Shown here: in pieces, positions 9,304 to 18,370 of the stretch
How the letters are laid out: each line of letters opens with the position of its first letter
Numbering within the stretch: the first letter of the stretch is position 1
Assembly (NCBI GenBank): GCA_964291655.2
Contig: OZ219801.1
Span: 224,001-288,000, forward strand
DNA length: 64,000 bases
Reading direction: 5' to 3'
From: Chloroflexota bacterium
GTDB taxonomy: Bacteria > Chloroflexota > UBA11872 > VXOZ01
The notes under the pieces: generated by a model
What the model was told of the DNA's origin: nothing
Databases searched by the model: none
What the model saw: the letters and a program-made list of their open reading frames with translations, nothing else
Position numbers and translations under genes: made by a program

Positions 9304-11085
9304 TCACTTCTTCGCTTTCGCGATCTGCACCGAGTAGAGTGCTGCAACCTCCTGCACTGATGTCGCGTCCTCCGGGCCACGGTCTTCGCGCACGAACCCC
9401 ACAACTCGTGGGAAACGCAGCGCATAGCCTAAGTCGTCGTCATTCTGCTTGCCGCACGTGTGGGTGGGGCTGCGCGTAATCTCATCAGCCTGAATCTCCA
9501 CCACATAACCGGGATTGCTCCAAACGTCAGGCTCAATCTCGGCTTCCACCCGTGCCGGCTTCTCTTCCGATGTCTCTTTGTCCAGCAGTTCGCGCATCTG
9601 CACCCATTCCTCCTCTGAGAAACCGGTGCCGAGACGTGAAATCGTCACAAACAGATCGCGATCCTTGTCGTACACACCCAGGAGCAAAGCCCCAATGCCG
9701 AGTTTCGAGCGCGCGCCTTTACCATACCAATAGCCTAGAACGACGCAGTCCACCGTATCGGATAACTCGCCTTGGTACGACCGTTTCATCTTGATCCAAT
9801 CAAAGCTGCGGCGGCCGGCCTGGTAGACTGAATCCAGCTTTTTGGCCATGACTCCCTCGAGGCCGTGTTCGACTTTATCGGCAAAGAACGCCTCGATTGC
9901 GGCGACGCTATCCGTTTCGATATTCTCTGTAACCTGCAAGACTTGACCTTCCTGCAGGAAGCCCAGCATCTTCTCACGCCGTTCGGTATACGGTTGTCGA
10001 GTCAAGTCGGCGCCGTCGAGGTAGAGAAGGTCGAAGAGCACAACACGAAGTGGGAGTTTTTCCGCCATCTCATCCACATTGTGTTTGCGCCGCCGTTGCG
10101 TTGTCATTTGGAAAGGAAGAAAGGCGCCGGTCTCCACGTCATACGCCAAGGCTTCAGAATCGGCAATGAATGTGTGGCCGGCTGCCTGCTCGCGCACGGC
10201 CGCAACCACATCCGGAAACATGCCGCTGAAGTTCTCCAAGTGGCGCGAGTACATGGTGACGTTTTCGCCGTCGAAGTGCACCTGACACCGAATGCCATCG
10301 AACTTGGGTTCCACAGCGCAACGGCCGAGGCGGACGACTAGGTCTTCCATAGACTTCACCCGTTCGGACGCCGCTGGAATAACGGGAGTGCCGACCACGA
10401 TGTTGATATCCTGCAGTCCGTCTACGCCGGCTCGCCAGTAGTCTTTGGCAACCGTAGCCAAGTCGGAGCAGATGCTATAGGCGCGCTCAATGGGCGCGCG
10501 ATGGTCCTTGGATCCTGTGCGGGCATACGAGAGGGCGTCCATGACCGTAGGATCACCGACACCCAGCCGCAGGCGTCCGAGAGGGATACGCAAGAGATAG
10601 CGCACCTCTTGTTTCCCCACCTGCCGCAACAAATCAGCCAGGAGCGACACTCTCTTTGCGACGGAACCTTCGCCTTCCGTCAGAGCAATGTCGGTCAGGC
10701 GTTCGAATACTTGCACAACGGTGAGCGTTCCCTGCTCCCGTTCGATCCGCTCTTCCGCCACCAAGCCATAGTCGCCAATCTCGCTGAACCGCTGATGTAC
10801 GTCTTCAAGGGTCGCTCCGGTACCTTCTGCCACAGCCTCGGCAGTTAGCTGCTCGCCTACGCCGAATTCGATGGGAGCATAGAGCGGCGCAACGCGTCCC
10901 TGCAGCAGATAGATCACCCTATCCATCTCGTCCGGGCGGGTTTTCGTAAAGAGGTCTGCCAGGAGTTCCATCATGCGGATGCGGCTGCGCGTCGCATCGA
11001 GTTCCGCAAAATACGCAGTCAACTGATGAAAGAAGAGGGCAGCCTTTTTTTCAACCGATTCGGTAACTTCTGCGGTCGAGGACAT
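9304..11085 (-). CDS. lig: ATP-dependent DNA ligase (archaeal/LigB-type: DBD + adenylation + OB domains)
   Basis: Motif I EPKFDGIR, DSEA, LFDLLY, EGVMAK, WIKMKRSY and LRFPR. Confidence 0.93.
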   Translation of the reverse strand: MSSTAEVTESVEKKAALFFHQLTAYFAELDATRSRIRMMELLADLFTKTRPDEMDRVIYLLQGRVAPLYAPIEFGVGEQLTAEAVAEGTGATLEDVHQRFSEIGDYGLVAEERIEREQGTLTVVQVFERLTDIALTEGEGSVAKRVSLLADLLRQVGKQEVRYLLRIPLGRLRLGVGDPTVMDALSYARTGSKDHRAPIERAYSICSDLATVAKDYWRAGVDGLQDINIVVGTPVIPAASERVKSMEDLVVRLGRCAVEPKFDGIRCQVHFDGENVTMYSRHLENFSGMFPDVVAAVREQAAGHTFIADSEALAYDVETGAFLPFQMTTQRRRKHNVDEMAEKLPLRVVLFDLLYLDGADLTRQPYTERREKMLGFLQEGQVLQVTENIETDSVAAIEAFFADKVEHGLEGVMAKKLDSVYQAGRRSFDWIKMKRSYQGELSDTVDCVVLGYWYGKGARSKLGIGALLLGVYDKDRDLFVTISRLGTGFSEEEWVQMRELLDKETSEEKPARVEAEIEPDVWSNPGYVVEIQADEITRSPTHTCGKQNDDDLGYALRFPRVVGFVREDRGPEDATSVQEVAALYSVQIAKAKK

Positions 11086-11606
11086 AAGTGTTCGTCTCCC
11101 TGACGAGGGCTCTTTGGCGGCGAAATGACGAGAACGGTGGTAAATTGTACTCGGGAACTGTCATGCTGCGGGCACACTAGAGGCGTTGCAGTGCCGAGAC
11201 TTCATGGCACACGCTGCCGTGACTAGCTGCATTTCACGTGAGTTCTCACCGCCTCACTCACGCATGCTTGGCAACTGCGTGGGTGCAGGCCGACTACTGA
11301 GACGCCCACAACAATCTGTTCAATTCCCGCAAGAGACACTCTGGAACATTGGCAATGAGCGGCGCACCCTGGGTGCAAGAAACCCGCGAAGCGAGATGCT
11401 CTGCGGTTTCACGCATTGTACCACAGACCATTCACTTGCCAGCCGCGATACCGCTTTGCGGATTGGCCTGTAGGCGTTGTGCGCTCGAATTGCCGCATTT
11501 CCCTCCAACGTTGTAGCGTCGGGCTGGGTTGTATTCTTGGCGGAGCAAGCGAACTGCGGTACTGTAAGAGACACAGCAATAGGCAAGGTATCGCATAGGA
11601 CGAAGT

Positions 11607-12761
11607 ATGGCCGGATCTGTGCGGCTGGGGCATCTCTTCGGAATACCCGTGGCAATCCACTTTACCTGGCTGATTGCGGCCGGTCTGGTAACGGCAACCC
11701 TTTCTCTCGCTATATTCCCATTCGATCGTCCGGGAATGTCAGCGCCCGTCTATTGGCTCATAGGATCCACTGCCAGCGCCCTGTTCTTTAGTTCGGTCGT
11801 AGCCCACGAGCTATGCCATGCGCTGGTGGCGCGGCATTTTGGCATTCCGGTGCGAGGCATTACGCTCTTTGTCTTCGGCGGCGTCTCCACAATTGCGCGC
11901 GAAGCGCGGAAGCCCATGCACGAATTGCTTATAGCCAGCGCCGGTCCCGCTTGCAGCCTCGCGCTATTTGTCACACTCTTTGTCTTGCAGCGTCTTATGC
12001 AGCCCCACTGGGCACTCGGCAGCAGGGTGGTCTTCTACCTGAGCCTGGCGAATCTCTTCTTCACCCTTTTCAATCTTATACCCGCATTGCCGCTGGATGG
12101 CGGGAGAGCCTTGCGCGCCGCCATCTGGTACGTTACCGGGAGTTTCAAGCTTGCCACGAAGATCGCGGCACTCATGGGGCACTTGCTTGGCTTCGCCCTC
12201 ATTGGGTTCGCTCTGTATACCGTCGCGGTTCACGCCGAATGGGTGCAAGGCGGACTGCTCATCCTGCTTGGCTGGTTCGTACACAGTGCGGCGGAAATGG
12301 CCCAGCAGAACGCTCTCGATCGAGACCTGACTGCCGGAGTGACCTTGGCTGACGTGCCCAAAAGCAAGGTTGCCTTTGTCGCACCCGAAACGCCGCTGCA
12401 GAATTTGATTTACAACCATCTTCTCGCCGAGGAATCTGCACCGAGCGTCCTCGCCGTCATGCGCCGGCAATCGCTCCTCGGCATAATCACGGCGAAAGAG
12501 ATTCGGCGGGTACCAAGCATTCATTGGTCCCACACGCAAGCACAAGACGTATTGGTTGAAAGTTCGCCGCAGGCATTCTTGGCCCCGGCAACACCGCTCG
12601 AAGAGGCCCTGGAGTATATGGAGGTAGAGCGATTAGGCTACGTGGTTGTGGCGAACGGTGAAGAGGAGCACCTAGAAGCCGTCAGCTACAATGACATGGT
12701 CCAATTCTTACACCGCAAGCGGGAAGAACTCCGTAAGGGTATGGCGGTTGAGCATCCGTGA
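11607..12761 (+). CDS. Site-2 protease (M50) with degenerate C-terminal CBS pair
   Basis: HELCH, AGP and FNLIPALPLDGG motifs, several TM helices, CBS-like tail. Confidence 0.9.
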   Translation: MAGSVRLGHLFGIPVAIHFTWLIAAGLVTATLSLAIFPFDRPGMSAPVYWLIGSTASALFFSSVVAHELCHALVARHFGIPVRGITLFVFGGVSTIAREARKPMHELLIASAGPACSLALFVTLFVLQRLMQPHWALGSRVVFYLSLANLFFTLFNLIPALPLDGGRALRAAIWYVTGSFKLATKIAALMGHLLGFALIGFALYTVAVHAEWVQGGLLILLGWFVHSAAEMAQQNALDRDLTAGVTLADVPKSKVAFVAPETPLQNLIYNHLLAEESAPSVLAVMRRQSLLGIITAKEIRRVPSIHWSHTQAQDVLVESSPQAFLAPATPLEEALEYMEVERLGYVVVANGEEEHLEAVSYNDMVQFLHRKREELRKGMAVEHP

Positions 12762-12892
12762 CACCTGCACCAATAGCCGCGTCGCGCTCCCTGGCTGTCC
12801 GCATGAAAGTGGGTGGTGTGCGCTCGCGCAGCTATCCCCGGTAGCTCAAGCCCTTAGACTGTTCAGGACACGGTTGCACCCCGCGACCTGAT

Positions 12893-12949
12893 GGGTAGCG
12901 TAGGTTTGCAGCCTGCGTCCTCACGGGTAGCGTAGGTTTGCAACCTGCG
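12893..12949. repeat. Two direct copies of a GTAG-type REP palindrome
   Basis: gggtagcgtaggtttgca(g/a)cctgcg at 12893-12917 and 12925-12949 (32-bp period); each copy is GTAG plus the hairpin cgtagg...cctgcg. Confidence 0.75.
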
Positions 12950-13005
12950 CCGCGGGAATCATGGAAGCCGGGGATGGGGGAACACTTCGTGTTTGACGCG
13001 CGAAT

Positions 13006-14391
13006 TCACTCCCGCGGCTGTGCGAGCTCCGCGCGCAGCCGTTCTCGCTCGGCCGCCAGCGCCGCACTCACCTCGACCGGATACGGCGGGTCTTTTTTCT
13101 CAAGAGCGTGCAATCGCGGCGGCAGCGCTTGCCGTTGCTGCTCCGCTCTCTTCCGCGCCGCAGCCAGGTCGCTACAGCCGGCTCGCAGGCGTTTCCCCCC
13201 TCGCATAACGGGAACGAGCAGCGGCGTGCCTTCCCTCACATTCTCGTCAGCCAATGCAATGAAGTCTCGCACCATCGTACCGCCCTCTTGGAAGCGATAG
13301 ACCTGCTTTCGGCCGGGGAGCGAAGGCTTGCCGGCGGAGAGCTTCATGCGGCCGCGGCCTCCGTACGAAACCAGCTTATAGGCACAGTCTATCGTTGGAG
13401 CATCGCTGGAGACGCTCATGCGGGTGCCCACGCCAAAGCCGTCGATCGGGGCATCCTGGCTAACAAGGCCCGAAATCGCATACTCATCGAGGTTGTTGCT
13501 GGAAAAAATCTCCACGCGGTGAAGACCCGCTTCATCCAGGATTCGGCGGGCGGCATGCGCCAACGTGGCCAGATCGCCGGAATCCAGGCGGATCGCGCGC
13601 ACCTTAAACGCACTTCCCAATTCATGAGCAAGTCTGACGACATTCCTCACACCCGCCAACGTGTCGTAGGTGTCTATCAGCAGAACCGTATCCGGGTAAA
13701 GGGACACAAACTGCCTGAAGGCTTCAAGCTCGTCATCGTGCGCTTGAATGTAACTGTGCGCCATGGTGCCTCTGACCGGCATGCCATAAATCTTGCCGGC
13801 AAGCACGTTGGAAGTTGCCGCCACACCCGCCACGTGGAAGGCGCGCGCGCCTTTAATTGCCGAGTCCATGCCGTGAGCCCGGCGCGTCCCAAAGTCTACG
13901 ATAGTAGCTCCTCGCGCCGCTTGCACGACGCGCGCCGCTTTCGATGCCATAAGCGTCTGGAAATGAACCTGATTGATGAGAAGCGTCTCCACAAGCTGCG
14001 CCTCTGGGAGCGGCGCTACAACCTCCACGAGCGGCGCCAGAGGAAAGGCCACAGTCCCTTCGGGCAAGGCGTACACGTCACCGGTGAATTGAAAGTCTGC
14101 CAGGTACTCGAGAAACTCTGGAGAGAATTCTCCCAAGTCTCTTAGGTAGTCAAGCTCCTCAGCAGAAAAGGAAAGATCTTCTAGCATCTGGAGAACATCG
14201 GCGACGCCGCAGGCGATGACGTAGTTCCACCGGTCAGGCAGACGACGTATGAAGAAATCAAAAACCGCCGTCTGTTTCATGTCCTCGTTGAAGTACGCCT
14301 GAACCATGGTGAGGGCATAGAGGTCGGTGAACAAGGCAGCGGCGGCGCATTCATCCCAGTGGCACAGCCGACTTCGTCGCTGGCGCGGCAT
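13006..14391 (-). CDS. pncB: Nicotinate phosphoribosyltransferase
   Basis: LFTDLYALTM, DFGTRR, GTMAHS, LIDTYDT, IRLDSGDL and GFGVGT motifs. Confidence 0.95.
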   Translation of the reverse strand: MPRQRRSRLCHWDECAAAALFTDLYALTMVQAYFNEDMKQTAVFDFFIRRLPDRWNYVIACGVADVLQMLEDLSFSAEELDYLRDLGEFSPEFLEYLADFQFTGDVYALPEGTVAFPLAPLVEVVAPLPEAQLVETLLINQVHFQTLMASKAARVVQAARGATIVDFGTRRAHGMDSAIKGARAFHVAGVAATSNVLAGKIYGMPVRGTMAHSYIQAHDDELEAFRQFVSLYPDTVLLIDTYDTLAGVRNVVRLAHELGSAFKVRAIRLDSGDLATLAHAARRILDEAGLHRVEIFSSNNLDEYAISGLVSQDAPIDGFGVGTRMSVSSDAPTIDCAYKLVSYGGRGRMKLSAGKPSLPGRKQVYRFQEGGTMVRDFIALADENVREGTPLLVPVMRGGKRLRAGCSDLAAARKRAEQQRQALPPRLHALEKKDPPYPVEVSAALAAERERLRAELAQPRE

Positions 14392-14402
14392 TGCAGCACT
14401 CC

Positions 14403-15029
14403 CTAGTAAATGGTGCTTGCGGCTGGGATTCTGGTGACGTGATGGGAGTCATTCCACAGGATCAAGGTAGGCAATGTCTCTTGCCAGTCAACTATCGAAA
14501 GGCTGGCATGCGCGACGGAGACTTGCCAGTAGTGGTCGAGCGAGAGGCCGAAGAGATGGCAGAAATACATCCTTAGACCGCCTCCGTGCATCACGACCAC
14601 GACCGTCTGTCCTTCATGCCGATGGACAATGCGGCGTAGAGCCGCTTGGGTCCGCTGGTAGAGAGCGGGTCCATTCTCGGCCCCATCCGGAGCCCAGTCC
14701 GGATCGTGCTGATGTTGCTGCCAGTCTGCCGTATTCGCCATGAGATCGGCCAGTGGTTGGCCTTCCCAGACCCCATAGCCACGCTCGCGCAGATCGCAAT
14801 CTCTCACGCACGTGAGGTCGTGTGGGGAAGCGATCGCCTGCGCAGTCTCATAGCCGCGCGCAAGATCGCTGCAATAAATGCCGTCCAGAGTCTCATTCCG
14901 CAGACGTTCTCCCAGTGCTTTCGCCTGGATTGCGCCCTCCGCCGAAAGTGGGGGGTCTTGTTGGCCTTGGATGCGTCCCTGGCTATTCCACGTCGACTGA
15001 CAATGGCGGACGAGGAGGAGTCTTACCAT
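14403..15029 (-). CDS. Histidine phosphatase family protein (CobC/PspA-like)
   Basis: LVRHCQS (RHG variant), SDLARG, LRERGYGVWEG, VMHGG and WNDSHH motifs. Confidence 0.9.
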   Translation of the reverse strand: MVRLLLVRHCQSTWNSQGRIQGQQDPPLSAEGAIQAKALGERLRNETLDGIYCSDLARGYETAQAIASPHDLTCVRDCDLRERGYGVWEGQPLADLMANTADWQQHQHDPDWAPDGAENGPALYQRTQAALRRIVHRHEGQTVVVVMHGGGLRMYFCHLFGLSLDHYWQVSVAHASLSIVDWQETLPTLILWNDSHHVTRIPAASTIY

Positions 15030-15058
15030 CGCAAATGCAGACCAAACTTTCTATCAAT

Positions 15059-16603
15059 TCACGGTTTTCGATGTAGATCGAGCGGCGGGTCGACGAACTC
15101 GGCAAGGCCAAAAGCTTCTCGCGCCTCCGCGGCCACAAACAACGAACCCGTCGCACAGAGGACATCTTCGGAGCACATGCTATCCAGCCCCATCGAGATA
15201 GCCTGTTCTACGCTTTCCGCCTGCGTAATCGGTACCTTGCCTGCGGCTGCTGCCGCGATAGCACGAGGCTCCTGGGCGCGGGGATGCCGCGATCGGCACA
15301 CGATGAGCCTCTCAATTGCCGGCACTAGGACGTCCAGCAGTTGCTTGACACTCTTGTCTTGGGTCGTCCCTAAGACACAGTGAATCCTACGCCCAGGATA
15401 GTGCTCCGCCAGGGTCTGGCGCAAATACATCATGGCATCGGGAGTGTGCGCGCCATCGGCAATGACAAGCGGCCTAGCGGACAAGTGTTCAAATCGTCCC
15501 GGCCATTGCACGCTCTCAATTCCCGCGCGCACCGACGCGGACGAAAGTGGCAGTCCCTGGGCTGCAAGCTCATCTACTACGGCAAGAGCAACACTGAGAT
15601 TGGTCCGCTGGTGTTGACCGCGCAGCGGAAAGCGCACTACACACTCCTCTTCCAGCACCCTAATCTTGCACGTCTGTACAGGAATTTCCCAACCGGGTAG
15701 CGCTTCGTTGGCAGTGGGGAAGGCAGCCTCACCGGAATCTTCCCAATAGTCCGTTCGTGGTGAGCCTGTCGAACCATGAACGGACGGCCCTGCGACAGGC
15801 TCAGAGCCTGCTCCGTACTCGTTATGGGGGCGAACGTTGGAACAAGCACGAGCCGAATAGTCAGGAGTACCTCGAGGGGTGAAGGGCTCACATCGGCTCT
15901 CTTCTGCCGCTATGATCCTGGCACGCCGCTCGAGGCAGGTTTGCCGGAACACCTCTGTCACATTGGCTGGATTCGGCGCGTGCACCAGCACACCGTTGTC
16001 CTTAACAATTCCCGCTTTCTCGCGGGCAATGGCATCAAGCGTGTCACCAAGAATTGCCGTGTGTTCCAAGCTGATCGACGTGATCACGGAGACATGCGGC
16101 GTAATGACATTGGTTGCGTCTAGTCTCCCGCCCAGGCCTACTTCGACCACGGCCATGTCTACCGCCGCTTCGGCAAAGCAAAGGAATCCCAGGGCGGTTG
16201 CCAATTCGTACGTCGTTGGATCGCCAAGATCGGGCCGGTCAGACTTTAGCGCATCCACCGCAGCTACGATGCGTTCAACCAGCCGGGTGAACTCCTGGGA
16301 AGATACGGGCTTGTTGTTGATGCGCACACGCTCGCGAAACGTGTGCAAATGCGGCTGCGTATAGAGGCCTGTGCGAAGGCCGGCAGCGCGCAACACGGAC
16401 TCAATGATCGCTGCCGTAGACCCTTTCCCCTTGCTGCCGGCGATGTGAATGCTGGGAAAGCGTTCCTGCGGATTGTTCAGGAGGCGCAGCAACGCGCCGA
16501 TGCGGTCGAGGGTAAAGCGAGGTGGAGCATTAACGCCATACCCAATGCCGCGCTCCCAATCGACAAAGGAGTAGAGGTACTGGAGCGACTCCCCGTAATC
16601 CAT
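15059..16603 (-). CDS. folC: Folylpolyglutamate synthase/dihydrofolate synthase with internal insertion
   Basis: HIAGSKGKGS, FRERV, EVGLGGRLDATN, EKAGIVK, WPGRFE, DGAHT and TGSLF motifs. 514 aa, with an atypical ~60-70 aa segment before PLRGQHQ. Confidence 0.93.
   Translation of the reverse strand: MDYGESLQYLYSFVDWERGIGYGVNAPPRFTLDRIGALLRLLNNPQERFPSIHIAGSKGKGSTAAIIESVLRAAGLRTGLYTQPHLHTFRERVRINNKPVSSQEFTRLVERIVAAVDALKSDRPDLGDPTTYELATALGFLCFAEAAVDMAVVEVGLGGRLDATNVITPHVSVITSISLEHTAILGDTLDAIAREKAGIVKDNGVLVHAPNPANVTEVFRQTCLERRARIIAAEESRCEPFTPRGTPDYSARACSNVRPHNEYGAGSEPVAGPSVHGSTGSPRTDYWEDSGEAAFPTANEALPGWEIPVQTCKIRVLEEECVVRFPLRGQHQRTNLSVALAVVDELAAQGLPLSSASVRAGIESVQWPGRFEHLSARPLVIADGAHTPDAMMYLRQTLAEHYPGRRIHCVLGTTQDKSVKQLLDVLVPAIERLIVCRSRHPRAQEPRAIAAAAAGKVPITQAESVEQAISMGLDSMCSEDVLCATGSLFVAAEAREAFGLAEFVDPPLDLHRKP
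15750..15836. repeat. Nested palindromic repeat element lying in frame within folC
   Basis: IR tgagcctgtcg (15761-15771) / cgacaggctca (15793-15803); ccgttcgtgg (15751-15760) / ccatgaacgg (15774-15783); cgttcg / cgaacg (15831-15836). Confidence 0.75.
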
Positions 16604-16609
16604 TGGACC

Positions 16610-17230
16610 CTAGCGCTGACCCGTCGCAATGGCCATAAACTCGTTGCGTGTGCGCGGGTCCGAAAGAAAGAGTCCGCGCATGGCACTGGTAATCATGCGC
16701 GATCCAGGCTTCTGGATGCCACGCATCGCAATGCACATGTGTTCTGCCTCGACGACGACTGCCACACCCCGGGGCTTGATCACCTTGGCAATCGTCGCCG
16801 CGGCGTCATCGGTGAGTCGTTCCTGGAGTTGCGGCCGCTTTGCCAGCGCTTCAATTACGCGCGCGAGCTTGCTCGCTCCCACGATTTGGCCGCTGGGTAG
16901 ATACCCCACGTGGGCCATACCCCAAAAGGGAAGCAGGTGGTGCTCGCACATTGAGAAGAATTGAATGTCCTTCAGCACCACCATCCCGTCGTAGTCTTCG
17001 TGGAAACTCGCATCTATGGCGGCAGCCGGGTCTCGAGAGAGTCCCGAGAACAAGAAGGCGTAGGCCTGTGCTATACGTCGGGGGGTCTCACGTAGTCCCT
17101 CACGTTCCGGATCCTCACCTATTGCCAGCAAGATTTCCTGTACGGCGCGCTCAATGCGGCGAGAATCGACTGACGTCTCCCCACTGTTTTCATCCGCCTT
17201 ATGCTGGGCCGGTGTAAATTCTTGGCGCAT
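16610..17230 (-). CDS. folE: GTP cyclohydrolase I
   Basis: REGLRETPRR, SMCEHHLLPF, SKLAR, RPQLQERLT and HMCIAMRG motifs. Confidence 0.97.
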   Translation of the reverse strand: MRQEFTPAQHKADENSGETSVDSRRIERAVQEILLAIGEDPEREGLRETPRRIAQAYAFLFSGLSRDPAAAIDASFHEDYDGMVVLKDIQFFSMCEHHLLPFWGMAHVGYLPSGQIVGASKLARVIEALAKRPQLQERLTDDAAATIAKVIKPRGVAVVVEAEHMCIAMRGIQKPGSRMITSAMRGLFLSDPRTRNEFMAIATGQR

Positions 17231-17260
17231 GCGTTTCCAATCTATCGCTTAACCAAAAGC

Positions 17261-17944
17261 TCACTGAGTGTCCTCAAATTGCAGTACACGGGTGAGACCC
17301 TCGTGCACAACCTTGCCGACGAGGTAGCCAATCTCCGTTGTGGGCCCGGCCCGCTGGATCCTCTCGCCTTTGCTCAAACAGGCAACAATGACACTATCAG
17401 CCGGGGCACCCGTCGCGATATTTCCCGCTTCCGTCGCAATGCGATTGTCCATTATCGCCCGCACTTTCGCTTCAGTGGCCGTGATTGTCGCGCTTACCAT
17501 AGCGCCCATGGAAAGGCTTGCGTCAGTGAGAATAATTATGTCAATTCCGCCCCCGGCATCCTGATTGCTTGGCGATGCATTGCCGGCAGAACACAGAGAC
17601 GAAAGATCCGCAAAGACCAACACCGTAATGCTCCACTTTGGCGCCGCCTCTGAAATCTGCACATAGTCATCCACGCTCCCCGACGTAACAACTCCTACAT
17701 ACGGCTCGTGAATTCCCGCCTGTATTGCCCAATTGTGCAACTGCTGACTGGACTCCGGCAATTCCGGCGATTCGAGCCCTGACATAGCCACAATATTTCG
17801 CGTGAGCGCAAGGTCGTCCCCAATGCTGGCGCAACCCAGCACTCGCAGGGGTGTCCTGCTGGCAACACGTACTACATTGGCAGACCGCGAGAGGGTAACA
17901 CCTTCGAGTAGAGTTTCGCTTTCGATAATAGGAGTCATAGCCAC
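17261..17944 (-). CDS. Adenosylcobinamide amidohydrolase (CbiZ)-like protein, divergent
   Basis: GGIDIII..DASL..GAM...ITATEAK, ATGAPADSVIVA (cf. CbiZ ATGTxTD) and AGPTTEIGYLVGK. Confidence 0.65.
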   Translation of the reverse strand: MAMTPIIESETLLEGVTLSRSANVVRVASRTPLRVLGCASIGDDLALTRNIVAMSGLESPELPESSQQLHNWAIQAGIHEPYVGVVTSGSVDDYVQISEAAPKWSITVLVFADLSSLCSAGNASPSNQDAGGGIDIIILTDASLSMGAMVSATITATEAKVRAIMDNRIATEAGNIATGAPADSVIVACLSKGERIQRAGPTTEIGYLVGKVVHEGLTRVLQFEDTQ

Positions 17945-17997
17945 TCACTCATCAGATGCATCAGCTCATTTGTGCAGCAGAAACCACAGAATGACAT

Positions 17998-18312
17998 AGG
18001 CGGGCGGGGGTCACAACGCCATCTCCAGTATTCAATGGGCCACCTACGTTGTCAACTTACCCATCACCGGTAACACCGGGTCGAAAGAGGTCCTTAGTTA
18101 AAGACGTGGCTGCTGCCTGGCGTAAATCAGCATTGCTAACCGAGTCACTTCGCAAGCAAGCCTTTCACTAACTAGCGCGTCCCGGCTGACCGTAGGTGAA
18201 GCTAACCCCTACGTCCGGTCTGACTGGTGAATACCGGATTGACGCTCTTCTGATTACGCGTTGAACGCAAGGCGTCCCAAGACAGGGTGCGGTTTTGTCA
18301 CTACAAGCCGCG
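17998..18312. ncRNA. Candidate large structured RNA, family not recognised
   Basis: No ORF; at least 9 short helices visible by eye, including three near-abutting hairpins closed by a fourth helix (see findings). Confidence 0.5.
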
Positions 18313-18370
18313 ATAGCAAAAATTCAGCCAACGACGTATCATTGGGACAGAACACACCTTACGCTAGATT

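Noticed and set aside
11086-11606. 520-nt intergenic region with one hairpin (cactcacgca/tgcgtgggtg, ~11254-11285) and short ORFs
   Set aside because: A single hairpin and no recognisable motif; insufficient for an ncRNA or gene call.
12893-12949. Possible mini-CRISPR array
   Set aside because: Only two units with a 7-nt spacer and no cas genes; fits REP.
17998-18312. Cobalamin, lysine or c-di-AMP riboswitch, tmRNA, or IS200/IS605 omegaRNA identity for the structured region
   Set aside because: Only isolated short matches (tgaaagg, cattgaata, agctaacccc, cgccatctcca, gtcaacttaccc), not in the required order or spacing; no tag ORF and no TnpB/IscB neighbour.
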